Positions 11,527 through 21,410 of a stretch of 64,000 bases of DNA are shown here, in pieces. The translations under genes were made by a program, and so were the position numbers. The notes below the pieces were generated by a model. The model did no database searches, was not told where the DNA came from, and saw only the letters and a program-made list of their open reading frames with translations. The DNA comes from Tortispora ganteri (Eukaryota), in the NCBI GenBank assembly GCA_003707115.1, contig PPNB01000002.1:620001-684000 (forward strand), read 5' to 3'. Position 1 is the stretch's first letter; every line of letters begins with the position of its first letter.

Positions 11527-13056
11527 TTAAAAAGACATAGGCTTGACATCATCGGCGATCTTGAATTTAGCTCCAGTTTTAGCAGTCACTTCTTCAATTG
11601 ATGATTCAGGAGCAAATTCGCGTAAAGTAAGACCAGTTTCACGATCCACATCAAATACAGCAAGATCAGTAATAATTCTGCTAACGCATTTTACGCCTGT
11701 CAGAGGGAACTCACAGGAATCGACAATCTTAGGATTGCCCTTGCGGTCACAATGTTCCATAGTGACAACAACTCGAGTCATATCAGGGTGAGCAACAAGA
11801 TCCATAGCTCCTCCCATTCCCTTAAGTTTTCCCGGAACCATCCAATTGGCGAGATCACCATACTGAGAGACCTGCATGCCTCCGAGGATAGTCATATTAA
11901 TACGGCCTGCTCTAATCATGCCGAAACTTTCGTCTGATGAGAACACAGTGCCACCCTGGGCAATAGATACAGTCTCCTTTCCTGCATTAATAAGGTCGGG
12001 GTCTTCTTCACCTTTGAGCGGATACGGTCCGAGTCCTAGGATACCATTTTCTGACTGGAGGATCACAGCGACGTCAGAGGAGAGGAATGTAGGTGCAAGC
12101 ATAGGGAGTCCAATTCCTAGGTTGGCGTACATACCATTTTGGAATTCTTGTGCAGCACGACGAACAATATTCAGGCGATTAATACTATGTTTAATGCTGG
12201 CAGCGGGATCAGCACCTGGCTCGCGAGTAGTAATGCGTTCACAACGTTTTGGTTCTGTAGACTTAACGACTCTGTCTACGTAGATTCCAGGAACATGAAT
12301 TTCTTCAGGTTTAAGAGCACCAGCTTCAACAATTTCTTCTGCTTCAACAATAGTTACTTTTCCAGATTTGGCAATTGGAGCGTTATAGTTTCCAGCAGTG
12401 AGACGGAATACACAGTTACCGAGGGTGTCTGCCTTTTCTGCATGGACAAACGCGAAATCAGGAACAAGTGAATTTTCCATGACGTATTTTTTGCCGTTAA
12501 ACTCGCGAACTTCTTTGGGTTCGCTCTTTTGTATGACAGTTTTGCCGTCTTTAGACATTTTGATAGGCATTCCGCCTTCTTGGACCCAAGTACCATAGCC
12601 TGCCGGAGTGTAGAAGGCAGGAATACCTGCACCACCAGCTCTGAATTTTTCAGCGAGAGTTCCCTGAGGAATAAGTTCCAGTTCAAGCTGGCCATTCATG
12701 AATCTGTTTTCAATTCCGGCGTTCTCGCCGACATATGACGCTACGACTCTCTTGACTTGTTCATTGTTGACGAGTCTACCGATACCAACACCATCAATTC
12801 CAGCATTGTTGCTGCTTACTGTAAGATCTTTAACTGTATCTGCACGCTCTCCAAGTTTATTTATTAATGAAAAAGGTACACCGCAGAGACCAAATCCGCC
12901 AATTCCAATAAACGAGCCTGACTTGACGTCGTCAATAGCGGCATCAATAGTATCGTAAACTTTGTTAACATTTCTACTAGATGATGTGACTGAAAATGAT
13001 CTGAAGATTGTAGGTAAAGTACATTTAGCACAAAAACGTGCTCGAATTGTTATCAT
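11527..13056 (-). CDS. Mitochondrial succinyl-CoA:3-oxoacid CoA-transferase (SCOT/OXCT)
   Basis: GGFGLCGVP, PQGTLAEKFRAGGAGIPAF, catalytic QSENG and GMGGAMDLV motifs. Single-chain, with an N-terminal presequence. Confidence 0.95.
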   Translation of the reverse strand: MITIRARFCAKCTLPTIFRSFSVTSSSRNVNKVYDTIDAAIDDVKSGSFIGIGGFGLCGVPFSLINKLGERADTVKDLTVSSNNAGIDGVGIGRLVNNEQVKRVVASYVGENAGIENRFMNGQLELELIPQGTLAEKFRAGGAGIPAFYTPAGYGTWVQEGGMPIKMSKDGKTVIQKSEPKEVREFNGKKYVMENSLVPDFAFVHAEKADTLGNCVFRLTAGNYNAPIAKSGKVTIVEAEEIVEAGALKPEEIHVPGIYVDRVVKSTEPKRCERITTREPGADPAASIKHSINRLNIVRRAAQEFQNGMYANLGIGLPMLAPTFLSSDVAVILQSENGILGLGPYPLKGEEDPDLINAGKETVSIAQGGTVFSSDESFGMIRAGRINMTILGGMQVSQYGDLANWMVPGKLKGMGGAMDLVAHPDMTRVVVTMEHCDRKGNPKIVDSCEFPLTGVKCVSRIITDLAVFDVDRETGLTLREFAPESSIEEVTAKTGAKFKIADDVKPMSF

Positions 13057-13424
13057 GATATTAGTAATATTAGAAAGAGGAGTGAATCGATATGCTTAAT
13101 ATACTTAACATATATATAAATCGGTGAGACCCAGCCGCACACGATAATTAAAGTTTCGGTGTCTAGTTTTCGGAACTACCGCGGAGCAATAATGTATGTA
13201 AGGTACTCTTACACTTACCCCTCAAAGTTTAGAAGGTATATATTATCATTTAAGATATGAATATTATAAAGTATGATTAGTATGTTAAAATATTGAAACG
13301 ATCTGTATTGTATGGTGGAGGAAAAACGCTTTAATATCAAATAACAATCTCGGAATAAGATGGCCGAGTTCGATCTCCCAATAAAGGCAAGAGAAAAACT
13401 TCGTCTGGTACTTGAAAAAAAAAA

Positions 13425-13826
13425 ATGCTGAGATTATTGAAAAATGAACCTGTGAAGTTATATAATCATGTTTTTAATAAATCTATTTTAACTAATTATA
13501 CTATTTTACGGTTATTTAGTAGTACAAATGTGACGAATTCTGGTGGCAAACGATCAAGGCGACAGGATCGCAGAGGAAATAGAAATTATATGGATCAAGA
13601 TTTCAGAAAAAGAAAAGATAATAAACATAACCGTGAACCGCCTGTGAGTTTGTCTGGAGGCAATCGAACTCCTATTGCTCAAACACGTTATACTCCATCA
13701 TATGCTCATTTGTTCGAAAAACATGTTGAAGTGAAATCTGAGTCAACTCATATGAAGATTGACTATAGTGAAATAGATTTTGATTTGCCTGAAAATGCAC
13801 GATTGAAAGCTCTTCTTAATAAATAA
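13425..13826 (+). CDS. Hypothetical 133-aa protein with a mitochondrial-type presequence
   Basis: A-rich ATG context (aaaaaaATG). N-terminus MLRLLK...ILRLFSST followed by an Arg/Lys-rich segment. No family recognised. Confidence 0.55.
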   Translation: MLRLLKNEPVKLYNHVFNKSILTNYTILRLFSSTNVTNSGGKRSRRQDRRGNRNYMDQDFRKRKDNKHNREPPVSLSGGNRTPIAQTRYTPSYAHLFEKHVEVKSESTHMKIDYSEIDFDLPENARLKALLNK

Positions 13827-13959
13827 ATTTAAGAATAGTTTGTTGCTAATCTAGGCTTGTTACATTGAGTACATATACTCTATAATCGGATTTGTAAATA
13901 TTGTGAACAACTATAGATATATTAAAAACACTAATAAATTCAGACTTAGACTTCGACAA

Positions 13960-15867
13960 ATGTATCGATTATGCTGGAAACCATACTGGAAACCATGCTG
14001 GAAACCTACACAAATTAATTTAAATGGTATAAGATTCTATGCACGTCAATCGACAAAATTAAAAAACCAAACAAGATCACCTATAATATTGCCAGAGTAT
14101 ATTTCTGTAAGTAATCTAGCAAATATGTTAGCTGTAAGGTATGAAGCACTGTCTAAACGTATGCTTCGTTTAGGATTTAGTCAAAGCGAGACTCAACACA
14201 ACTATTCGCTTGATAGGGATATGGCAACTTTGATCTCTGAAGAGTTTGATGTGCCAATAGCATCAGAATCATCTTTAGACAAGTATGACCTATTCCCTCA
14301 ACCATATCCAGACAACAAACTACTCAAACCGAGACCTCCTATTGTTACTATTATGGGTCATGTTGACCACGGCAAGACCAGTTTACTTGATTATTTACGT
14401 AAATCATCGATCGTATCGCAAGAATACGGTGGTATTACTCAACATATTGGTGCGTTCTCAGTACCGTTGAAATCCGGCAAAAGGATCACTTTCATAGACA
14501 CTCCTGGTCACGCTGCGTTCCTCAGTATGCGTGAACGTGGTGCCCTTATCACAGATATAGTCGTTCTTGTTGTCGCTGCTACTGAATCTGTGATGCCACA
14601 AACAATAGAGGCTATCAACCATGCTAGAAAGGCTAAAGTACCGATCGTCGTTGCAATGTCAAAAACTGACTTGCCTGGCGCCAACATAGAAAAAGTTACA
14701 AACGATTTGCTCGCTCAGAATCTCGAACTAGAGTCGATCGGTGGCGATGTACAAGCTGTACCGATCTCAAATGTCACAGGTAAAGGTATCTCGGAATTAG
14801 AAGACGCTATTATCGCTCAGGCCGATATGCTCAACCTCAAGAGCCCCGTGCTAAATTTCCCCTGTCAAGGCTGGATCATTGAGGCCAACATGAAGAAAGG
14901 ATGCGGTAATGTTGCTACTGTTCTGATCCGCGAAGGTCAACTCAAAATTGGATCAATAATTGTTGCTGGTACATCGCTTTGTAAAGTCAAAGGCATGTCG
15001 TCAGCACAAGGCGTCTCACAGAAAATTGCAGGTCCTGGCTCAGCCGTGGAAGTAATGGGATGGAAAACACTCCCCGAAGCCGGTGATCAAGTTCTACAAG
15101 CGAAAAATATGGAAATTGCTCGCAAAGCCATAGATGTACGTGAAACACGTATCGCTATGAAATCTCAAGCAGATATCCTTGTGAAAAGAAATGAATCATT
15201 AGAAAATGCGCAAGAGCCGAATACCACTACCGAAACCGAAACCAAACGGTTACTCAATTGTATTATAAAAGCGGATGTTTCAGGATCAGCTGAAGCCGTA
15301 AACCATATGCTCGAAACTCTCGGAAATGATAAAGTTGGCGTCAGAATCATAGAAGCAGCAGTCGGTCCTGTTACAGAATTTGACGTATCTAGAGCCAAAG
15401 CTGCAAATGCAGTGATATATTCCTTTAATTTGAAGAATGAAAAGGATGTCATATTTCTTGCCGAACAAAATAAAGTGATAATTGCTGACTTTAATATTAT
15501 CTACAAGCTAGTGGACGACGCTACAGAGCGGCTCATTAGTATGTTAGATATTGAATACGATAAAAAGATCTTAGGAGAAGCAGAGATAAGAGCTATATTC
15601 CCTATATCAATTGGAAAAAAGACTATGAATGTCGCTGGATGTCGCATATCCAATGGCTCAATACAGAGAAATAATCTTATCCAAACGCTGAGGAATGACA
15701 AAATCTTATATGACGGTAAACTCTCCTCGCTGAAAGTGATGAAAAAGGATATTGATGAAGTCACGAAAGGAAATGATTGTGGAATGGCGTTTGAAGACTA
15801 TACAGAATTCAGTGTCGGTGATATAGTCCAAGCATACGAGAAAATTCCACGGCCACGATACTTATGA
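13960..15867 (+). CDS. IFM1: Mitochondrial translation initiation factor IF2
   Basis: RPPIVTIMGHVDHGKTSLLD, GGITQHIGAF, DTPGHAAF and KADVSGSAEA motifs. First ATG at 13960. Confidence 0.95.
   Translation: MYRLCWKPYWKPCWKPTQINLNGIRFYARQSTKLKNQTRSPIILPEYISVSNLANMLAVRYEALSKRMLRLGFSQSETQHNYSLDRDMATLISEEFDVPIASESSLDKYDLFPQPYPDNKLLKPRPPIVTIMGHVDHGKTSLLDYLRKSSIVSQEYGGITQHIGAFSVPLKSGKRITFIDTPGHAAFLSMRERGALITDIVVLVVAATESVMPQTIEAINHARKAKVPIVVAMSKTDLPGANIEKVTNDLLAQNLELESIGGDVQAVPISNVTGKGISELEDAIIAQADMLNLKSPVLNFPCQGWIIEANMKKGCGNVATVLIREGQLKIGSIIVAGTSLCKVKGMSSAQGVSQKIAGPGSAVEVMGWKTLPEAGDQVLQAKNMEIARKAIDVRETRIAMKSQADILVKRNESLENAQEPNTTTETETKRLLNCIIKADVSGSAEAVNHMLETLGNDKVGVRIIEAAVGPVTEFDVSRAKAANAVIYSFNLKNEKDVIFLAEQNKVIIADFNIIYKLVDDATERLISMLDIEYDKKILGEAEIRAIFPISIGKKTMNVAGCRISNGSIQRNNLIQTLRNDKILYDGKLSSLKVMKKDIDEVTKGNDCGMAFEDYTEFSVGDIVQAYEKIPRPRYL
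13972..14007 (+). repeat. 3 x 12-bp tandem repeat (T[G/A]CTGGAAACC[A/T]) in the IFM1 presequence
   Basis: Encodes CWKP-YWKP-CWKP. Confidence 0.9.
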
Positions 15868-15927
15868 AACCAATAACTTCTTGTAAATAGCATATACATA
15901 CATATATACATACATTTTATAATGATT

Positions 15928-17028
15928 TCACATACGATTTGTTATTTGTTCTTCCCACTGAACGCCAACCCATTCTTCAGTATACTTGACCTTCTGAGAA
16001 GCGTCTTTTTCGGAAACACAATCTTTTGAGCATGTCGCCACGTATATTGATCCCCAGTCCATACCGTTAAGAATCTCATCTAAAGGCAAGTCAAATTCAA
16101 GTTCTTGAATCGCTTGCGGCATCACTTGCAATTCAAATTGCCTTGGCGATTTGCACAATGGACAAGGCGGAAATGAACCTGAAGCTAACGTTTTCGTAAG
16201 AGCATCGCGATCAGAATAAATAAGAGGGTTTCCACCACGGTTGTACCTAATGACTTGGTCTGGGTTCTGCGCAACTCTGTCTGCAAAGTTCCTAAATGCC
16301 TTATCTGAATTATCCAAGGACTCTATCTGGCTCCTCGTAGACTCGTTAATATATTCATTATCGTCATCATCTTCTATTTTGATCTTACTCAGATCGATTT
16401 TATGATCTGATAGAACAGGATCTTTACTTAGCCGCTCTTTTTCCACTACTAAAAAAAACCCTGGAAACGGTCTTGGATCAATGGGCCAGTCAGATGTTTG
16501 TGGCTGGTCAACTGGTTTGTTTGATCCAGCTTGTAAATTGTTTTCTTCAGTTTTAGCAGGCTTCAAGGAGCTTTTCAACGGTTGTGAGTTTCCAGCAAAG
16601 GGGTTTGAAGTTTTTGAAGAATCGAATAAATAAGATCCTAGCTCAATCGACTGATTCTGAGGTTTTGCAGGTTCTGTTTGCGATGCTGGTTTTGATCGAT
16701 CGATGATCGCCCTAATGCATTTCACAGAATTAATTTTGCGGCGACAAGAAGGAGATTTGCAAATGAACAAGTATATAATTCTGTCATAAGTAGTACTAAT
16801 TTCGGCATTTATCTGCGCAAGTAAAGAATAAGGATTTTGGCAGTAAGGACATGTCGCGAGTGAGGAAAGGGGAGGAAAAGAAGAAGGCCAGAGCGGGAGA
16901 CCCCCTAAACGGGAATCTATATATCTTGCAGAAGTATCTGCAGGCTCGTCGATATATGCCAAATATGTAGGAGTAGAATAAAGAGAATCAGGTAAATCTG
17001 AATCTGAATTAGAGTTGTAATCAGACAT
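15928..17028 (-). CDS. TSR4: Tsr4/PDCD2-like chaperone of ribosomal protein uS5
   Basis: SRLGGLPLWP, NPDQVIRY, RQFELQVMP and GMDWGSIYVATC motifs, ending EEWVGVQWEE. Confidence 0.92.
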   Translation of the reverse strand: MSDYNSNSDSDLPDSLYSTPTYLAYIDEPADTSARYIDSRLGGLPLWPSSFPPLSSLATCPYCQNPYSLLAQINAEISTTYDRIIYLFICKSPSCRRKINSVKCIRAIIDRSKPASQTEPAKPQNQSIELGSYLFDSSKTSNPFAGNSQPLKSSLKPAKTEENNLQAGSNKPVDQPQTSDWPIDPRPFPGFFLVVEKERLSKDPVLSDHKIDLSKIKIEDDDDNEYINESTRSQIESLDNSDKAFRNFADRVAQNPDQVIRYNRGGNPLIYSDRDALTKTLASGSFPPCPLCKSPRQFELQVMPQAIQELEFDLPLDEILNGMDWGSIYVATCSKDCVSEKDASQKVKYTEEWVGVQWEEQITNRM

Positions 17029-17195
17029 TAGCTATGTATTTTGAATGAATATGAGGAAGTAGGGGGGAGAAAAAAAAAATGGAAGTAGAATGATTGGGAA
17101 GTTGACCAAGGAGGAAGGCATCAATTCATATAAGGGGTTGAGAGGTCAAGTTTTGTTTGCGAAGGGATGTTTGTTTGTTTCTTTATTATGGCATA

Positions 17196-17984
17196 TTAGC
17201 CAAAATAAATATGAATAACCCATTTAGTTATGTTTCCTGAAAAGAGAGAAACAATATAAAGAATAAGATAGATAAGAATGGGGGAGAGTAAGATGGTAGT
17301 GTGTTCAAGGAACGGTAAAGCATTGTAGCCCAAGAAAGTGAGAAGAGTATAATAAGAGAAAGCAAAGAAATAAAGAGTATTACTGAGCAATGTAGAAAAC
17401 CAGGAATCGTATGTGAGTACCGGTAGTAGTATGAATTGAATAACATAGAGGACTAACCATATTATGAGGAAAGAATTGCAATGGACATCAAAACAGTAGG
17501 CCCATTCGAGTTCGCCAGTAGGTATTATTCCACGTTGACCGGACATTAAAAAGCGATGAGATATGAGCCAAGAGACTGTAGATACTATTAGGCCAATAAA
17601 TACGAAATCGACGACGACCATGTAAATCATTAGACGGAATATAGCGAATATTGAGGGGCTAAAGGCGACGCCCCATGCGAGCGCGCTTAAGACAAGAAAA
17701 AGGCTTAAAAGAACAACAAACGAAGGATCATCGCGAGCCCATCTATTTTTTGTTTGTTTGTGATAATAGATTGATCTATAAACGCGTCGCGGCGATAGTA
17801 TAAGGTAGCAAATTTCCCAGATAGCAGTTTCTAGGTCTAATGATGGCGGATTGGAAAGCCGTTTTATGAATTTAGGGATACTAAAAGATTTAGACGGTAA
17901 TCTATTTTGTCTTGCATAAGCTTGTGATCTTTGAGAAGTTGAGCTGTCCGATAAAGGCAGCAATGGCGCATTTCGCTGAGACAT
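17196..17984 (-). CDS. GMH1: UNC-50 family Golgi membrane protein
   Basis: LDLETAIWE, YHKQTKNRWARDDPSF, EWAYCFDVHCNSF and GYNALPFL motifs. Start placed at ATG 17984; an upstream in-frame ATG exists at 18122, inside CAF16. Confidence 0.93.
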   Translation of the reverse strand: MSQRNAPLLPLSDSSTSQRSQAYARQNRLPSKSFSIPKFIKRLSNPPSLDLETAIWEICYLILSPRRVYRSIYYHKQTKNRWARDDPSFVVLLSLFLVLSALAWGVAFSPSIFAIFRLMIYMVVVDFVFIGLIVSTVSWLISHRFLMSGQRGIIPTGELEWAYCFDVHCNSFLIIWLVLYVIQFILLPVLTYDSWFSTLLSNTLYFFAFSYYTLLTFLGYNALPFLEHTTILLSPILIYLILYIVSLFSGNITKWVIHIYFG

Positions 17985-17988
17985 AGTG

Positions 17989-18741
17989 TCAAAGGTTAAG
18001 TTGCTGTTGCGTATTTTGGGTATCTTTGGTAAGCCATGTAATGGCGAGATTGAGCAACGGCGAATAATTGATATTTTGTGGCACGTATTTTGACAGTAAA
18101 TTACTATAAGTATCAAAATCATCACATGATCCTTTATTTAAATGCAGAATATGTGTAGGCCAGTCTGTAAGTGCATCAAAGATATGAGTAGCATACACCA
18201 CAGTAGCACCGCGTTCTTCTGTCTCTTTGCGGAGGAAATTCATTAGTTTTAGCCGCACTAGTACATCTAAATCAACTGTAACCTCATCCAATAACAATAT
18301 TTTCCATGGAACAAGTAATCCCATAGCTAATTGCACACGTCGACGTTCTCCATCTGATACTCTATTCATATGCCAGTTGACATCGACATCTAACAACTTC
18401 ACTAACTCGTTGCACCGATCTTTGTACTCTTCAGACCCCATAGTCTCTAGCAATATGTTGACGGGCATATCATGGCGAACAATTGGGTTGCTTATCCATT
18501 CAGTACCAAGGTATCTGACACCCTCGGAATTGCTTCGAAATGGATCTACTCCGTCAATAGCTATACTATTCACTGGAGCAATAGTCTTGCCACTCAATAG
18601 CCTTAGAAGTGAGCTCTTACCTGCTCCGTTCGCACCAACTAGCAGTACTCTTGAACTTGATTCTATCTCGGCATTAACTGCGTTAAGCCCGACAGTGCCA
18701 TCCTCATACACGTACGTCAGGTTCTTTATAGATATGACCAT
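17989..18741 (-). CDS. CAF16: Soluble ABC ATPase, CCR4-associated factor 16
   Basis: GANGAGKS, YLGTEW, SDGERRRVQL, LLLDEVTVDLDV and YATHIFD motifs. Confidence 0.92.
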   Translation of the reverse strand: MVISIKNLTYVYEDGTVGLNAVNAEIESSSRVLLVGANGAGKSSLLRLLSGKTIAPVNSIAIDGVDPFRSNSEGVRYLGTEWISNPIVRHDMPVNILLETMGSEEYKDRCNELVKLLDVDVNWHMNRVSDGERRRVQLAMGLLVPWKILLLDEVTVDLDVLVRLKLMNFLRKETEERGATVVYATHIFDALTDWPTHILHLNKGSCDDFDTYSNLLSKYVPQNINYSPLLNLAITWLTKDTQNTQQQLNL

Positions 18742-18791
18742 TGTCTAAAGTCAGAACCTTAACCAACCAACTGGCACCCACAACACGAAAA

Positions 18792-19706
18792 ATGACAGAA
18801 CTCACACAAGTTTGGTTTATCACAGATGCAGGATCGCCCGTAGGATTACAAACTGCACGCAAAGCTTTATCGAATGGTCATAGCGTCGTGCTCGGATGCC
18901 GACCTTCAGGCTACGCTGGCTGCAAGAAACTGCAGGACCAGTTCCAGTGGACTTCACTGCTAGTAGAGCTTGATCCACGTAACAAAGCGCTCTGCCAGAG
19001 TGCAATCGAATACATAGTGCGTAAATGGAACCGCATAGATGTTGTTTTTTGCTGTTCGTCAAGCTGTATCGTCGGTGCTGTAGAAGAGTGCGAAGATTGG
19101 CATATGGCACGCGCTATTGAGGACAACGTCTATACGCAGGTAAACATTATCCGTACTGTCTTGCCTACTCTAAGAGCACAAAGATCAGGTCATTTAGTAT
19201 TTGTTACAGGGATTACTGGAGCAATAGGTATGCCAGGTCTCAGTATACTGTGCACTGTCAACCACTGTTTAGAAGGACTATGCGAGAGTCTTGCCTTTGA
19301 AATTGCGCCATTCAATTTAAAAGTATCAATTGTACAATTGCCATTGCAGGCAATGGCTCTGTACAAAACAACGTTCACCGCACAGCAACCAGAATATGAA
19401 AATTCAGAATCAACACGAGTCCGCAAACTTCTCAGTGGATTCCGTGCCCTGCCCCCAGACTCGCTAACGCTCGGAGTGCGTATAATTATGTCTATAGCAG
19501 GAACAGAAAACCCTCCCTTACGTATAGTCGCAGGAAAAGATGCTATTTCGCAGGTCCGCGACAAAATGCGAACTGTCTCTGAGGAACTCGAAGAGTTCAT
19601 GACCACATGCATTGCTTGCGAAATCAATCCGCCGTCTAAACTACCATTCACAGAAGACACAGACTCAGAATCTGAAAAAGTACCTTCTTCAACAGAACAA
19701 TCATAA
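18792..19706 (+). CDS. Short-chain dehydrogenase/reductase-fold protein with degenerate catalytic motifs
   Basis: VWFIT, RIDVV, LRAQRSGHLV, ESLAFEIAPFNLKVSIV and NPPLRIVAG motifs. Lacks TGxxxGxG and YxxxK. First ATG at 18792. Confidence 0.85.
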   Translation: MTELTQVWFITDAGSPVGLQTARKALSNGHSVVLGCRPSGYAGCKKLQDQFQWTSLLVELDPRNKALCQSAIEYIVRKWNRIDVVFCCSSSCIVGAVEECEDWHMARAIEDNVYTQVNIIRTVLPTLRAQRSGHLVFVTGITGAIGMPGLSILCTVNHCLEGLCESLAFEIAPFNLKVSIVQLPLQAMALYKTTFTAQQPEYENSESTRVRKLLSGFRALPPDSLTLGVRIIMSIAGTENPPLRIVAGKDAISQVRDKMRTVSEELEEFMTTCIACEINPPSKLPFTEDTDSESEKVPSSTEQS

Positions 19707-20423
19707 CAGAATATTTAGTAAACTATCCACCGTGATTTGCAATTCCTGGTTCTCTACTTCGTTTGTTTTTCGAAACGCGAACTTCGCGGTACTCAACACC
19801 TGCCTATATAGTGCACTGTACTCATCTGACGACTGTGAAACGCCTCTTATACGCAGTCCTGCAGTCACTGCTTTATGAAACTGCTGGTCTCTAGTGTCTT
19901 GACTTCTCTGGCGCTCGTTTTGGAGCTCGCATTGTCGCTCCATCTCTTTGTCCAATTCTGTTTGCTGTGCGACTTTCTTAAATCCTGCAAGTTTTTGCGA
20001 ACTTGTATTCAGAAACTTGTTCCCATTACTTTTATTATTACCGGACACGTTAAATTTGTTAAGCATAACTCTTACCGCCCGCACATGCGCCTCGTTGTCG
20101 ATCTTCTGAATATAAACACATATGTATTTCCCGGCTTGTGAAGGTATAGGTGCCAGAATCGCTTTACTATATATATCTATAGGACATTCTGTAAGCATAA
20201 ATGACTGTAATAATTCGCTTAACGCGTGCGATTCACTAAAGACGCGCATAAACGGCGGCTCAATTGCCCATAATGGAATCTTATTAGGGTCGATTACGAG
20301 TCCTATAGCGATCTGTACGCCACGTAGCAATTTCCTATGTTCCAAATTGTCGCTATAGATCGTGAACGATAATTCAGAGGATACTCCTTGCACGTACAGA
20401 GAACAGCGGAGTATTCTATGCAT
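19701..20423 (-). CDS. SLD7: Sld7-like DNA replication initiation factor
   Basis: The C-terminus AGLRIRGVSQSSDEYSALYRQVLSTAKFAFR...LQITVDSLLNIL resembles the Sld7 C-terminal domain. ACGCG (20426) and CACGAAA (20465) lie upstream. Confidence 0.7.
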   Translation of the reverse strand: MHRILRCSLYVQGVSSELSFTIYSDNLEHRKLLRGVQIAIGLVIDPNKIPLWAIEPPFMRVFSESHALSELLQSFMLTECPIDIYSKAILAPIPSQAGKYICVYIQKIDNEAHVRAVRVMLNKFNVSGNNKSNGNKFLNTSSQKLAGFKKVAQQTELDKEMERQCELQNERQRSQDTRDQQFHKAVTAGLRIRGVSQSSDEYSALYRQVLSTAKFAFRKTNEVENQELQITVDSLLNILL

Positions 20424-20515
20424 GAACGCGATCCATTGGCCTGGGCTAGGCCGAAATTAGAGTTCACGAAATAGCTTACCAAGTGTAAGCAGAATATTCG
20501 TTGCTAGGTAAAATA

Positions 20516-20600
20516 TAGGGTTAACGTAAATTATCACCCTAAAAAGCAGTCCCGCTGGTTTACCACACTAAGGAGTCCCAACAACGCAGGAATACCCTAC
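20516..20600 (+). promoter_or_regulatory. RPL25 promoter elements: TAGGGT (20516), ACCCTA (20536, 20594), CAGTCCCGCT (20547)
   Basis: CAGTCCCGCT is the exact reverse complement of AGCGGGACTG upstream of RPS31. Confidence 0.6.
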
Positions 20601-20651
20601 TTCAGGTTCACCTAGAGTTTCGCACAAAACCAAGTACTCTAATACAAAGAA

Positions 20652-21089
20652 ATGGCTGTTACTGTCGTAAAGAAGCAAGCTTTAGCCGCTAAAAAGGCTA
20701 CCGTTAAGGGTGTGAACGGAAAGAAGCAACTGAAGGTGCGAACCTCTGCTTCATTCCACCGCCCAAAGACTCTCAAGCTTGCTCGCAAGCCCAAATATCC
20801 TCGCAAGTCTGTTGCACATTACTCTCGCGCTGATGACTACTCTATCATCATCGCTCCTATTACTACAGAGACTGCTGTCAAAGAACTTGAGAGCTCAAAC
20901 ACTCTTGTCTTCCAAGTCGATATCAAGGCTAACAAATACCAAATTAAACAAGCTATGAAGAATCTCTATAATGTCGATGCTGCTAAGATCAATACTTTGA
21001 TCCGTCCTAATGGCACCAAGAAGGCATTCATTCGTCTCACTCCTGATCAGGATGCTATGGAGGTCGCTAGTAAAGCTGGTTTCATCTAA
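20652..21089 (+). CDS. RPL25: 60S ribosomal protein uL23
   Basis: [19 protein letters not shown] and [18 protein letters not shown] motifs. Confidence 0.97.
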   Translation: MAVTVVKKQALAAKKATVKGVNGKKQLKVRTSASFHRPKTLKLARKPKYPRKSVAHYSRADDYSIIIAPITTETAVKELESSNTLVFQVDIKANKYQIKQAMKNLYNVDAAKINTLIRPNGTKKAFIRLTPDQDAMEVASKAGFI

Positions 21090-21410
21090 ATGTAATGCCG
21101 AATGTCATCATGTGTAAAAGTCTATTTATGTACGCAACACGCAAAACGCCGACGTAGATTCACAAACAGCCAACAATCAAATCATTTTAACCATAATTTC
21201 TTAATACTCCTTTTATTAATTATTCACTGTTCTCCAGTAATCCTACTACTTTTGTTTTGGCCTATTAATGATTAATCACAGGTCAACTTTTTGCATAATT
21301 TACATCCCAACAACTGCCAGTACTTTTACCTACCTACCCTGCATATTGTTACATTGCACCACTCTTACTTATCCACACTCGTGAAGTTGTACTAGACAAT
21401 AACTAGCACA

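Noticed and set aside
11527..13056. Bacterial horizontal transfer as the origin of SCOT or of the operon-like junctions
   Set aside because: SCOT is single-chain with a presequence, and the downstream coupled genes (CWC24, FAR11, GMH1) are eukaryote-specific.
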